A stretch of DNA of 64,000 nucleotides from an uncultured Acidimicrobiaceae bacterium. GTDB lineage: Bacteria; Actinomycetota; Acidimicrobiia; Acidimicrobiales; Palsa-688. Every line of letters begins with the position of its first letter. The stretch's first letter is position 1. The DNA lies in the NCBI GenBank assembly GCA_963780345.1, contig CAWABU010000002.1, positions 595,512 to 659,511 of the forward strand, read 5' to 3'. The position numbers and the translations under genes were made by a program. Shown in pieces: positions 37,822 through 47,931 of the stretch. The notes beneath the pieces are model-generated. The model worked only from the letters and a program-made list of their open reading frames with translations. It was not told the DNA's origin and did not search any database.

Positions 37822-38937
37822 TTAGCCGACCGCGTCGCGGCCCAGCCGGGTGAGCAAGGCCTGCACCTGCAGCAGCTCCCCCGGGTTGTACTGCAGGTCC
37901 CGCCCGACGCGGTCGATGCGGTCGACGGCCTGCAGAGATGGGGCCAGACGACGGTCGTCCTCGGCCCGGCCCAACCGGTCCCGGTAGGCGCCCGCCAGGG
38001 CGGCCAGACCGGCGCGAAGCTCATCGGTGCGCTGGCGGCGCACTTCACGGCGGTGGCGGGTCTCCATTTCGGTCATCCCCGCGGTCAGCATGGCCTTGGC
38101 GGCCCTGGCCCCGGCCTGGCCCGAACGCCCGGCGCCCGCCGCGCCGGCGGCCCGGGCGTTGCGCTCCTCCAGGGCGGCCCGTTCGGCGTTATGGCGCGCT
38201 CGCAGGGGCTGGACGCTGGCCTCGAGCAGGGCCACAAGCTCGTCGGCGACGGTGGCGGCCGTCGCCCCGGTGCCATCGAGGCGGGCCGGCACCTCCAGCC
38301 AGGCCCGCCGCCGGAGCTCGAAATCCGGGTCGGTGGCCAGCAGGCGGGCCCGGTCCAGGCGACCGCCGGCGGCCTCCGCCAGCATCAGGGCCCGGGCCGG
38401 CTCGGTGCCCTCCTCCTCGAGGACCTGAGCGACCGCTTCGGCGCTCAGGGCCTGGAAGTCGATCCGCACGCAGCGGCTGGCGATGGTGACGAGCGCCGGC
38501 GGCACGTACTCCGCCAGGATGATGAAGACGGTAGTGGCCGGCGGCTCCTCGATGGTCTTGAGGAGGGCGGGGCCGGCGTCTTCGACCAGGTGAAAGTCGT
38601 GCAGGATGATCACTTTGCGGTCGCCCTCGACCGGGCTGGTGGCGGCCAGCCGGGACACGCGGCGGGCGGCGTCGATGCTGATGGCGGCACCCTCTCGTTC
38701 CACCTCGATGACGTCGGGGTGGACGGCTCCGAGCGCCCGCCGGCAGACGTCGCACGTGCCGTCGGGCGGACGGGTCTGACAGAGCAGAGCAGCCGCGAAG
38801 CCCCGGGCCGCGGCGGCTTTGCCTGATCCGGGCGGACCTACGAAGAGGTAGGCGTGCACGGGCCGGGCTACCGCCGCGTTGAGCGCGGCGATGGCCTGGT
38901 CCTGGCCGGCCACGGCTGCGAAGAACCCTCCTGTCAT
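37822..38937 (-). CDS. holB: DNA polymerase III subunit delta' (HolB)
   Basis: AAA+ P-loop HAYLFVGPPGSGK, a C-x-x-C zinc module (CQTRPPDGTCDVCRRAL), box II SIDAARRV, and DEAD-like ILHDFHLVED. Confidence 0.8.
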   Translation of the reverse strand: MTGGFFAAVAGQDQAIAALNAAVARPVHAYLFVGPPGSGKAAAARGFAAALLCQTRPPDGTCDVCRRALGAVHPDVIEVEREGAAISIDAARRVSRLAATSPVEGDRKVIILHDFHLVEDAGPALLKTIEEPPATTVFIILAEYVPPALVTIASRCVRIDFQALSAEAVAQVLEEEGTEPARALMLAEAAGGRLDRARLLATDPDFELRRRAWLEVPARLDGTGATAATVADELVALLEASVQPLRARHNAERAALEERNARAAGAAGAGRSGQAGARAAKAMLTAGMTEMETRHRREVRRQRTDELRAGLAALAGAYRDRLGRAEDDRRLAPSLQAVDRIDRVGRDLQYNPGELLQVQALLTRLGRDAVG

Positions 38938-39083
38938 TGAGGCCTCAGTCTGCCATCGGGATGGGTCGATGCCGCGGAGCGCCGCCCGGTGTATCTCCCC
39001 GCGGTTAGTCGACTCGTAGCCGGGGGACGGGCTCTGGCTCGGTCCGATGGCCGCATCCCCTCGCCGTGCACAGGAGGAGTGTC

Positions 39084-39293
39084 ATGAAGAAACTTACGCA
39101 GCAGTTCGTCGTCATGGCCAACGGTGACGTTCGCATTCCCGAAGGGACCTCGGAGGTTGGCCACGGTCACCGGGCTCCCGACGAGAAGATCAAGATTGTG
39201 GTGCCGGCGGCGAAGCACTCGGTCCTCGTTGAGGTGGAGGTCGAGCTCGAAGAGCCCGCGACCCCCGGGATCGCCACCAGGCTCCCGGCCTAG
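39084..39293 (+). CDS. hypothetical small protein
   Basis: ORF only (MKKLTQQFVVMANGDVRIPEG...). Confidence 0.25.
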   Translation: MKKLTQQFVVMANGDVRIPEGTSEVGHGHRAPDEKIKIVVPAAKHSVLVEVEVELEEPATPGIATRLPA

Positions 39294-39367
39294 ACGCCGA
39301 CCATCCACCGCCCCTTTTCGGAGCCGGTGCCTCCGCTCCTCTACCGGGTCCCGTCGGTGCAGCCTCT

Positions 39368-40630
39368 CTAGGGAAGGAAGGCCAGGAAGGCCCCGCTATT
39401 CACCTTGCTGCCACCGCCGCCACCGCCTCCACCACTCCCCGCAGCCACCGCGACCTCGAGGTCGATGTAGTAATTGTCGCCGTCGTTCTCGACCGTATTG
39501 GGGTAGACCCACGAGCCGCTCGAGTCCTGGGCGCAGGGGGTCAGCGGATTCGGTTGAAGGCCGCAGGGGACGCACGCAATGATGCCATTCCCAGCCCCAT
39601 GGGCGGCACCGATTCCCTGCGACGGGAATCCCCCTCCGTTGGTCAGCCAGTAGCCCTGATCGCCCGAATACCACACGTAACCCGGCGTGTACATGCCGGT
39701 GGCGACCCGATAGTTGTGGTTGGCCTTGAGGGTAAGTCCGGTCGACGAGTAGTCGCAATAGCACCACCCATCGCCCGGGGCCGCGGCTGAACCGTTGGGC
39801 AACACCCACTTCGGTGATTCGGTTACCGAACCAGGCACTACCTGCTGCGTCGCCGTGTCCCAGATCCCACAGATGCTCGGTAGTTTCCCGTTCCCGGTCT
39901 GCGACATGAACCACAGTTTGAGGACCTGACCCGGCTGGGACAAGGCGATCTGGGTCGAGACGGTGAAGGGGAGCGCCGCCTCGGGGGGGTAGAGAGGGTT
40001 TGGCTGGTTTGGCCAGCACCGATAGGTGATTCCGGCAGGGACCTGGTCGGTGACCTGCATGTCCATCCACAGGTTGAGTCCGTTGTAGGTCAATCCGGGA
40101 TAAACGGAGCTTGGATCGAGGGTGTTCTCCTGGTACGTCGAGTTGCCCGGCTGGAAGAAATCGACGTCGCTCTGGTTGCCGGAGGTGGCGTCGGCGAAGG
40201 CAAAGAGCGGTCCGTTGGCGATGCCCCGGGCGTAGATGCCACCCGCGCCGAACTGACCATTGGTGGCCGGAGCATACCGAGGAGACGCCGTCGCCGCCCG
40301 GTAGGCGATGTACTGCGTCAGCGGAATGGGTGCCGGCAGTGGAACGTAATTCCATTGTCCGGCGAGAAGGGTGCCAGACGTGACGACGGAATTCTGGACG
40401 AGCGTCCCGTACTCGCCCTTTTGGTCGGCATCGCCCGTGTCCTGCCACAGACAGAAGGTCTGCGGGGCGGTCGATTGTTGGGAACCACAGACCCACCACC
40501 AGTAACCCTCGAAGTACATGGTGTTCTGGGTCAACCAGAATCCGGTCGCCGACACGAACTCGACGCCTGCGCCAAAATCAACCGGAGTGGTCGGGCCGTC
40601 TGTGCCCGGGAACAGCCGGTAGGCCGTCAT
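39368..40630 (-). CDS. DUF4082 tandem-domain protein (no signal peptide)
   Basis: Two copies of the DUF4082-like pattern (..FEGYWWWVCGS..TFCLWQ..GQWNYVPLPAPIPL..YIA..). Paralogous to the C-terminal two-thirds of 40645-42453. Ends in a poly-Gly tract. Confidence 0.55.
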   Translation of the reverse strand: MTAYRLFPGTDGPTTPVDFGAGVEFVSATGFWLTQNTMYFEGYWWWVCGSQQSTAPQTFCLWQDTGDADQKGEYGTLVQNSVVTSGTLLAGQWNYVPLPAPIPLTQYIAYRAATASPRYAPATNGQFGAGGIYARGIANGPLFAFADATSGNQSDVDFFQPGNSTYQENTLDPSSVYPGLTYNGLNLWMDMQVTDQVPAGITYRCWPNQPNPLYPPEAALPFTVSTQIALSQPGQVLKLWFMSQTGNGKLPSICGIWDTATQQVVPGSVTESPKWVLPNGSAAAPGDGWCYCDYSSTGLTLKANHNYRVATGMYTPGYVWYSGDQGYWLTNGGGFPSQGIGAAHGAGNGIIACVPCGLQPNPLTPCAQDSSGSWVYPNTVENDGDNYYIDLEVAVAAGSGGGGGGGGSKVNSGAFLAFLP

Positions 40631-40644
40631 CGTCGACTCATCTA

Positions 40645-42453
40645 TCAGCTCGCGGTGACTTCGATGTCAACCCACAAGTTCTCGCCGTTGCCGGCCGGGT
40701 TGTAGGTCAACGGGTAAGCCCACGAGCCGAGGTTGTACGTCGCCTGGCCCGGGGCGGTGGCCCCGGAGGTCCCCGGCGCGGCCAGCGGACCGTTGACGAT
40801 ACCGCTGGCGGCCGGGCCTCCACCTCCCCAATAGCTGACGGCGGCGTGGTACCACTGCGCGCCGCCGGCAGAGAACACCGCTACCTTGTAATCACCGGCG
40901 GGCAGCGTCACGCCACTGTAGGCGCACGAGACCCATCCGGAGGCGGCCCCGCCCGACCATGAAGGGGCGGCGTTGTCAGTGCCTGCGACGACGGCCTGGG
41001 TGTTGACGTTCCATATCGCGCACCGCGTCGGGAGCACAGCGGCGCCCGTGGCCGAGTAAAACCAGATGCGGTCAAGGCTGCAGGGCTGCGACAGTTGGAA
41101 CTCGGTCGCGACCGTGTAACCAGCTGTGTCGGAGGACGCGGTACCCGGCAGGACGGGATAGTTGGGCCAGAGCCGGTACGACGCTCCCTTTGGAGGGGTT
41201 GTCCCAACCTGAACGTCCATCCAGAAGTTGGCCGACTGATAGTTGTTGTTGGGCATGTTGGCGGTGGGATCGGTGCCGGCCGTGCTGAAGAGTCCCTGCC
41301 CCATCTGGAAGAGGTCCGGTCTCGATCCCGACCCGTCCGAGTAGGCCACTATCGGACCACTGGAGATTCCGGCAGCATATGGTTGGCCCGAGCCGAACTC
41401 CCCACTGGAGATAGGAAAGCTGTCGCTGAAACCGGTTGACGCCACATATGTCGCATTGGGTGCCAGCGCGACGGGCGCCGGCAGGGAGATGTAGTTCCAT
41501 TGGCCGGGCGTCAGGGCGCTCGAGGTCACCGAGGCCGTCGCGACCACGGTGCCGGCTCGAGGTCCGGAGACCTGCCAGAGGGCGAATCCCTGAGCAGCCG
41601 TGCTCTGACCTGAGGGGCAGACCCACCACCAGTAACCCTCCAGCCAGGTGCCTCCGGTGACGGCCTCGAACATGATGCCGGCCAGAAACGGCCCGGCGTA
41701 GGACGCCGGTGCCGAGGGCCCGTTCGTCGCCGAGAAGAAGCGGAACGTGCCCGATGGCGGCGGGGCGCTGGCCGAGCTGAACCCCAGGGCGTACGCCACC
41801 AGGAGCCATTTGCCCATCGCCGCGTTGTAGATAAATGCCAACAGGTCGGTCTCGCCGGCGGCGGTGCTCAGGGCGGGCTGGGGCAGACCCGTTGAGAACA
41901 GGTAGCTGCCGCCCCAGGTCAGCGTGAAAGCGCCGCCGGCACCCTGCGTCACCTGGAACACGATCTTCTGGCCGTCAGCCGGGTTCGCCGGGTTGCCCAT
42001 GGCGCGATCGCCGGCGATCGCGACGCGAAAGTCGTTGCCCAGAGAGGCGTCGACGGCGATGATGGCGGCGTCGCTGAGGGTGACGACAGAGGGGGCGATG
42101 GCGCCGGTTTCGGTGACGGTCGCCGCCGACGCTGGTGACGTGAAGGTCTCCGTCAACACCGCTCCTCCAGCCACACCGGCGGCGGCGATGCCGACGGTCT
42201 TGAGCATGCGCCTCCGGCTCCAGGCCCGGTCCGGGGCGGCTGTCTCCGGGAGGGCCGGCTCCGGGAAGAGAGCCTCCGGGAGGGCAGGCTCGGGGAGGAG
42301 AGGCCCCGGGGCGACGGACTCCGGGGCGACGGGCTCCGGGGCGACGGACTCCGGGGCGACGGACTCCGGGGCGACAGACTCCGCGAGGACGGGATCGTCG
42401 GTCGAGGGGCTCGAACCTGATCCTCGGCCCCGAATCAGCAATCGCTTGTTCAC
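40645..42453 (-). CDS. TAT-secreted protein: unknown N-domain + 2x DUF4082
   Basis: Twin-arginine motif SRRRMLKTVGIAAAGVAG preceded by (ESVAP)n repeats. The N-domain is homologous to 42490-43071. It is followed by WLEGYWWWVCPSGQ..ALWQV.. and a second DUF4082 copy. Confidence 0.65.
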   Translation of the reverse strand: MNKRLLIRGRGSGSSPSTDDPVLAESVAPESVAPESVAPEPVAPESVAPGPLLPEPALPEALFPEPALPETAAPDRAWSRRRMLKTVGIAAAGVAGGAVLTETFTSPASAATVTETGAIAPSVVTLSDAAIIAVDASLGNDFRVAIAGDRAMGNPANPADGQKIVFQVTQGAGGAFTLTWGGSYLFSTGLPQPALSTAAGETDLLAFIYNAAMGKWLLVAYALGFSSASAPPPSGTFRFFSATNGPSAPASYAGPFLAGIMFEAVTGGTWLEGYWWWVCPSGQSTAAQGFALWQVSGPRAGTVVATASVTSSALTPGQWNYISLPAPVALAPNATYVASTGFSDSFPISSGEFGSGQPYAAGISSGPIVAYSDGSGSRPDLFQMGQGLFSTAGTDPTANMPNNNYQSANFWMDVQVGTTPPKGASYRLWPNYPVLPGTASSDTAGYTVATEFQLSQPCSLDRIWFYSATGAAVLPTRCAIWNVNTQAVVAGTDNAAPSWSGGAASGWVSCAYSGVTLPAGDYKVAVFSAGGAQWYHAAVSYWGGGGPAASGIVNGPLAAPGTSGATAPGQATYNLGSWAYPLTYNPAGNGENLWVDIEVTAS

Positions 42454-42489
42454 GGTGTGTTCCCTCTCAGATCGGGGGCTAGGAGGTGA

Positions 42490-43071
42490 TCAGCCGAACC
42501 CATTTACGAACGCCGCCAGCAGCCAGTTTCGATTGGCCGCGTTATAGAGAAAACCCAGCAGGTCGGTTTGGCCCGCCGCACTGCTGAGCGTCGGCTGGGG
42601 GAGGCCGGACGAGAACTCATAGTTGCTCCCCCAGGTCAAGGCGAACGGTCCCCCGGCTCCCTGGGTGATCTGGAAGATGATCTGCTGACCCGGTGCCGGA
42701 TTGGACGGGTTGCCCATGATGCGATCGCCGCCCAGAGTCAGGCGGAAGTCGTTGCCGAGCGACGCGTCCACGGCGACGGTCGGCGCGTCGACCAAATGGA
42801 CCACCGCAGGCGCGACCGCTCCCTGCTGGGTGGTCGTCTGGGCGGATGCCGCGGTGGGTGCCGCCTCGGCCAACACCGACCCGCCGGCCACGCCGACCGC
42901 GGCCAGCCCGACTGCGGCCGTGAGGATCCGCCTGCGGCTCAGGGCCTGATCTCCGTCCGTAGCCGCTTCCTCCGGATCTGCGCTCGCGGCGCTCGCCGCG
43001 ACCTTGCGCCGATCTGCCAGCCGTCGTCGATCTGCCAGCCGTCGTCGATCTGCCAGTGATCGTCCCGCCAT
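42490..43071 (-). CDS. TAT-secreted stand-alone N-domain paralogue
   Basis: TAT motif SRRRILTAAVGLAAVGVAGG. The segment TQQGAVAPAVVHLVDAPTVAVDASLGNDFRLTLGGDRIMGNPSNPAPGQQIIFQITQGAGG aligns residue-for-residue with the N-domain of 40645-42453. It is preceded by (RRRLAD)x3. Confidence 0.55.
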   Translation of the reverse strand: MAGRSLADRRRLADRRRLADRRKVAASAASADPEEAATDGDQALSRRRILTAAVGLAAVGVAGGSVLAEAAPTAASAQTTTQQGAVAPAVVHLVDAPTVAVDASLGNDFRLTLGGDRIMGNPSNPAPGQQIIFQITQGAGGPFALTWGSNYEFSSGLPQPTLSSAAGQTDLLGFLYNAANRNWLLAAFVNGFG

Positions 43072-43347
43072 GGGTCTCCTCTCTCCAGCCGATCAGCCCG
43101 ATGCCCCAAAGCGCACCGCGTTCGACGGCGCGCCGTCACTGCCTCTCATCGTGCCAGTCTCGGCCCGGCAGGCGGCGTTCGGCCTCATCGTCCTCGTGCT
43201 CCTTACCGCTCCCTAACCTTTGGCCCGACGTCACGTAGAGCGTGACGATCGGGCGCAGATACGGTGAGTTTCCGGTGGAGGCAGGCCAACCGTGGATTCA
43301 GGGGCCCAGTTCCACGGTTCGGGCCGGAAGCGAGGTGCCGCGGGGCC

Positions 43348-44631
43348 TCAGACCGCGCCTTCTCGCCGGTTGACCACCGATTCGGAGTCGGTGAGAGCAG
43401 GCCCCGCGGCGAGGGGTCGACGCCCCGCCGCGGTTCCGGCCGGATTTCCCATCGCGAACTCGTAGATGGACAGCAGCTGCCGGACGTTGTCATCCGGATC
43501 GAACCTCGACTCGTAGGCCCGGCGCGCTTGACGCCCATACCGCTCATAGCGGTCGGCTGACCTCTCCGCGTCATGCAGCAGCCCGGCCAGACTCCCGGCG
43601 TTGCCCGGCTCGAACAGCCGGCCTTCCTCCCGATCAACGAGCAACTCGGGGAACGCGCCGCTGGCCGGGGCGATGAGCGCTACGCCGGCCGCCATGGCTT
43701 CGACCACCACCAGACCGAATGGTTCCAACCACTCCGCCGGAGCGACGGCGACCCGGGCTGTGGCCATCAGGGCGCGACATTCCTCGGGGCTGAGCAGGCC
43801 GGCCACCACCACGTCGGAGCGGTCTCTGGCCCATGCCGACACGGCGTCGCCAAGCGGACCGGCACCGGCGATGACCAGACGCAGGGGGCGTGCTCCGGCC
43901 TCGGACGAGTAGCGGTCCCATGCCGCCATGAGGAGCGGAACCCCTTTGGCCTCATCCAGGCGTCCCGCGAATACGACGGTGTCTCCCGCCGTGGATCTCG
44001 GCGGAGGCGGGTCGACGAACGGCACCAGATTGGACTTGACGAAGACCCGGTCGTCAGGAAGGCCAAACGGGGCGAGGAGGTCACGCTGGGACCGGGACAG
44101 GCAGATGTAAGCGGAAACCATCGTCCGCCAGGCGTGACGGTGGGCATGTCCAGCCACTGCGACCGGCACCGTGGCCAGCTTCGATCCCCGGTAGCAACCG
44201 TGCCGGATGGCCGGCGCCGGCAGGTGCCCAACGCAGTCGGTACAGGTGGCGCCGTCCCGGAACAAGCTGCCCGACGCGCACAGCAGACGATAGTTATGGA
44301 GCGTCACGACCACGGGCACGCGCTCTCGGGCGCACGCGTACAGGACCGACGAGCTCAGCAGCGGGTACACATTGTGGACGTGGACCACATCCGGGCGATG
44401 ATCTCTGAGGGCGGCGATGAGGCCCCGGTAGGCGTCCTGACTCCACAGGACGCGCCCGGCCACCAGGGTTCGTCTCGCCAGCGGCCAGGTCTCGATGACG
44501 TCGCTCGAACGTTCGAACTGCTCGACCTCGTGTCCGTGAAGGCGCAGGCTCCCGGCCTCCCGGTCAACGACCCGATTTTCGCCGCTCGGTAGCGACGAGC
44601 GGTACCGGTTATGGACCTGCAGGACCTTCAC
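43348..44631 (-). CDS. GT4-family glycosyltransferase
   Basis: VKVLQVHNRY N-terminus, and the EX7E region ..EPFGLVVVEAMAAGVALIAPASGAFPELL.. . GTG start chosen at 44629-44631. The ORF extends to 44703. Confidence 0.8.
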   Translation of the reverse strand: MKVLQVHNRYRSSLPSGENRVVDREAGSLRLHGHEVEQFERSSDVIETWPLARRTLVAGRVLWSQDAYRGLIAALRDHRPDVVHVHNVYPLLSSSVLYACARERVPVVVTLHNYRLLCASGSLFRDGATCTDCVGHLPAPAIRHGCYRGSKLATVPVAVAGHAHRHAWRTMVSAYICLSRSQRDLLAPFGLPDDRVFVKSNLVPFVDPPPPRSTAGDTVVFAGRLDEAKGVPLLMAAWDRYSSEAGARPLRLVIAGAGPLGDAVSAWARDRSDVVVAGLLSPEECRALMATARVAVAPAEWLEPFGLVVVEAMAAGVALIAPASGAFPELLVDREEGRLFEPGNAGSLAGLLHDAERSADRYERYGRQARRAYESRFDPDDNVRQLLSIYEFAMGNPAGTAAGRRPLAAGPALTDSESVVNRREGAV

Positions 44632-45018
44632 GAAGAACTCCTCGATGGTCGGTCGGATGAGATCTGATGGGGGCCGACGCCGCCAGCTGCTCGCGACCGA
44701 CAACCCCTACCGGGAGTCTCGCCCTCGGAGCCCGGGCGGCTCCGCGCCACTCCACCACCGGGAAGGAGGGCCCAGCGCGGGCCGTGATACGGGCCCATGT
44801 CGTGACCGTCGAGAGCTGGACCGGCCCGCGCCAACCAGCCCAGGACCGTTCCTGTGGCAGCTGTTGACCGGAAGTTGTTGGTTCCTGGTGAGCCAGTGGA
44901 TGGAGCCCGATCAAGATCGTGCCCGTCGAAGCGTTGGATGAAGGGGTGTAGCCACGATGGGTAAACCGTGGGATGACGACGGGGCCGCAGGACTGTGGCC
45001 CGTCGGAGGTGAGGCATA

Positions 45019-45687
45019 GTGTCCGTTTCTCTCTCAGGAGCGACGGCTCCGATGACCGAGGACAGTCGGACGCTCCAACTTGCGACCGACTCGAACGAAG
45101 GGTCTCGTAGTTCTGACCAACCCGACGTAGCCAGGCTGGTCGCGGCGGCCGCCTCGGGTGATGGAACCGCATGGAATGCGCTGGTCGACAAGTTCTCGCC
45201 AACGGTCTGGGCGATTGCCCGGGGCCATCGGCTCTCGTCGGCCGACGCCGCGGACGTGTCACAGACGACGTGGCTGCGACTGGTCGAGAACCTGCATCGG
45301 ATCCAACAGCCGGAACGGGTAGGCGCCTGGTTGGCGGTGACGGCGCGCCGCGAGTCATTGCGGGTCCTGCGCGTTGGCGCCCGCCAGACGCCCACGGGCT
45401 ACGACTTCGACGTCCTGCCGGCTCCGGTGCCCGTCCGGCCGCCGGAGCACGCCATGGCCACCCAGGCGTGGGGAGCCGTCGTCGCCGAGCTGGTCCAGCA
45501 ACTTCCGACCCGGTCGCAGGTGTTGCTCCGGCTGCTGAGCGCGGACTCGCCGCTCAGCTATCGAGATATCAGCGAGGCCCTGGACATGCCCATCGGCAGC
45601 ATCGGTCCTACCCGGGCCCGAGCCCTCGAGCAACTCCGCCGGCTCGCGGTCAAGGCCGGGATCAACCCGGCTGACGTTTTCACCTGA
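45019..45687 (+). CDS. ECF-subfamily RNA polymerase sigma-70 factor
   Basis: Region 2 (..VWAIARGHRLSSADAADVSQTTWLRLVENL..) and region 4 HTH (..LSYRDISEALDMPIGSIGPTRARALEQLRR). Confidence 0.8.
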   Translation: MSVSLSGATAPMTEDSRTLQLATDSNEGSRSSDQPDVARLVAAAASGDGTAWNALVDKFSPTVWAIARGHRLSSADAADVSQTTWLRLVENLHRIQQPERVGAWLAVTARRESLRVLRVGARQTPTGYDFDVLPAPVPVRPPEHAMATQAWGAVVAELVQQLPTRSQVLLRLLSADSPLSYRDISEALDMPIGSIGPTRARALEQLRRLAVKAGINPADVFT

Positions 45688-45879
45688 GGAGGCCGGCCCG
45701 TCCCGCGGGTCGCGGTGCGGTGACTTTCCGCGGTTAACCGTGGACAGTCACCGGTTTGCGATGTCCTCGCCCCTCTTTCCGTATCAAAGTCCCATTTGTC
45801 GCCTCTGAGCAGCGAGAAACCACTGTTCACCTATTCGAGATCTCACCACCCCTGGTGATATTCGGCCCCGGAGACCCGA

Positions 45880-46587
45880 TTGGCCTGCACCGAAGCACAA
45901 ATCCTCCTACCAAGGCTCATGGAGCCGACGGACGGTGGCGGCCGCCCCGGCTGGCCGATCTCCGTGCTGGTGCTCGACCCCCAGACTCTCTTCCGGACCG
46001 GCATGGCGCGGCTGTTGAGCGAAGACGACCGCCTGCTCGTGGTCGGGGTGTCCGATGGCGGAGATGACGTGCCCGAACGGTGCGCCTCTCAGTCCATCGA
46101 CGTCGTCCTGACCGATATCGAGATCCGCCAGTGGAGCGCGGTCGCCCTCACCCGGAGCATCGCCGCCGTCTCGCCGGACACCCGGGTGGTCATCCTGGCC
46201 TCCACCGTGGACTGGCGGGTCCTCCCGGCGATGGCCTCGGGGGCAGCCGGCTTTCTGGTCAAGGACACCGAGCCCGAGGCCTTGAGGTCCGCGGTACTTT
46301 CCGCCCACCTGGGTGAGCAGGTTCTCTGCCGGGAGGCGGCACGATGGCTGCTGCAGGACGAGCCCGACTATCGCCTGACCCGCCGCGAACACGATGTGCT
46401 CGGGCTGATGGCCGAGGGAGCCGGCAACAGTGAGATCGCCGACTCTCTCCGACTCGGCGACAAGACGGTCCGCAACTACGTGAGCCGTCTGTATCGCAAG
46501 CTGGCCATGCACGACCGGGCCGAGATCAGCTCACTGGGGCTTCACACCCAGGCCGTGGCCGGCCAGCACCGGGAAGCCAGGCCATGA
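45880..46587 (+). CDS. NarL/FixJ-family response regulator (REC + LuxR HTH)
   Basis: REC domain with the acceptor Asp in VVLTDIEI. LuxR HTH LTRREHDVLGLMAEGAGNSEIADSLRLGDKTVRNYVSRLYRKL. Confidence 0.8.
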   Translation: MACTEAQILLPRLMEPTDGGGRPGWPISVLVLDPQTLFRTGMARLLSEDDRLLVVGVSDGGDDVPERCASQSIDVVLTDIEIRQWSAVALTRSIAAVSPDTRVVILASTVDWRVLPAMASGAAGFLVKDTEPEALRSAVLSAHLGEQVLCREAARWLLQDEPDYRLTRREHDVLGLMAEGAGNSEIADSLRLGDKTVRNYVSRLYRKLAMHDRAEISSLGLHTQAVAGQHREARP

Positions 46588-47931
46588 GAGAACAGCCCCT
46601 GGACCTGCGGTCCTCGCTCGGCGCCCTGCGCCGCCGGTGGACCGTCATCGTCGCCCTGGCGGTGGTAGGCCTCCTGGGCGGGGTCGTCTTCGCCAGCCTC
46701 CATGTTCCGCAGCCCCGCGCCGCCGCCCAACTCGTGCTGCCCACCACGACGGCGTCGGGCGCCGACGTCACCGCGACCGACACCAAGACCCAGGTCGCAA
46801 TTGTCACCAGCGGCGTCGTGCTGGCGCCGGCGGCAAAATCGGCGAAGCCCCCGATCGCCCTCGACCAGCTGGAGAAAGTCGTGTCCGCCGGCGCAGTGGG
46901 CAACAACATCCTCCGCATCGAGGCCCGGGCTCCGACGGCCGGACGAGCAGTCCAGCTGGTCGCCGCCGTCACGAGCCAGTACCAGACCTACGTCAAAGCC
47001 CACCCCGCCGTGGTGCACGGGACTCCAGTAGTCATCCAGAGCCCAGCCGCGGTGACCCCGCCTTCCACCACCTCGCTCCTGTTGAAATACGGCTTGCTCG
47101 GCCTGGTCGCCGGACTGCTCGTGGGCGTCGCTGTGGTCCTGATCCGGGCCCGCCGGGACCACCGGCTTGCGCCAGCGGGACCAGATCGCGGGTGCCATCG
47201 GCGTGCCGGTCCTGGCCTCGCTGGAAGCCGAGCACTACAAGAGCGTGTCCGACTGGATTCGGGTGCTGGAGCGCTTCGACCCTTCCGCCATGAAGGCCTG
47301 GACCCTGCGCCGCGTCTTGCGGAACCTGATCCCCACCGATCTCGAAGGCCAGGCCACGATTCACGTGGTCTCCTTCGTCGGCGACCGGGCGGCCCTCGCC
47401 ACCGGTCCGGAGCTGGCCCTCTTCGCCGCCGGATCCGGCATTCCGACCCGACTGGCGCCCGACGAGAACGTGGCCCTCGAGCCTCTGATCGCGGCGTGCG
47501 CCGCCCTCCGGACTTCCATCCATACGGATCAGTTGCTCTCGTTTGGCACCGAGACCGAAACGTGGCACGGACCGATGGGGCGGCCGATCCGATGGGATGA
47601 CGATCCGGCCCTGGTCGAGGCCCATCTGGTCGTCTCCGTGGTCGCCGTGGAGCCCTCGCGGCCCGAGCTGACTTCGATCGTCGGACCCACCATCCTGGCC
47701 GTCTCCTCCGGGTTCGCGGTGGTCGACGACCTGGCCCGGGTGGCGCTCGCCGCCACCAAGGCCGGACTCGGGATTGACGGGATTGTGGTGGTCAACCCTG
47801 ACCCGGGCGACACGACCACCGGCTTGCTGCCCGATCGCATGGCCGGCGGCTGGCGGGCCCACGACAGCGGTGCGCAACAGGGCCCGGGATCGACGGCCCA
47901 TCTGACAGGAGGAACGACGTGGCGGGCATAG
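46584..47931 (+). CDS. Wzz/CapA-like polysaccharide co-polymerase fused to a P-loop-less BY-kinase-like domain, interrupted by an apparent frameshift near 47160
   Basis: Frame 0 (46584-47190): TM1, periplasmic domain, TM2 and RARRDHRL. The continuation (R)QRDQIAGAIGVPVLASLEAEH.. and a ~250-aa CapB-like domain lacking GKT are in frame 1 (ORF 47167-47931). Confidence 0.5.

Noticed and set aside
42241-42400. 15-nt and 18-nt tandem repeats at 42241-42400 and 43003-43056, considered as a CRISPR or intergenic repeat array
   Set aside because: They are in-frame coding repeats, (ESVAP)n and (RRRLAD)3, inside signal-peptide-proximal regions. The spacers are not unique. No CRISPR array is present in the window.
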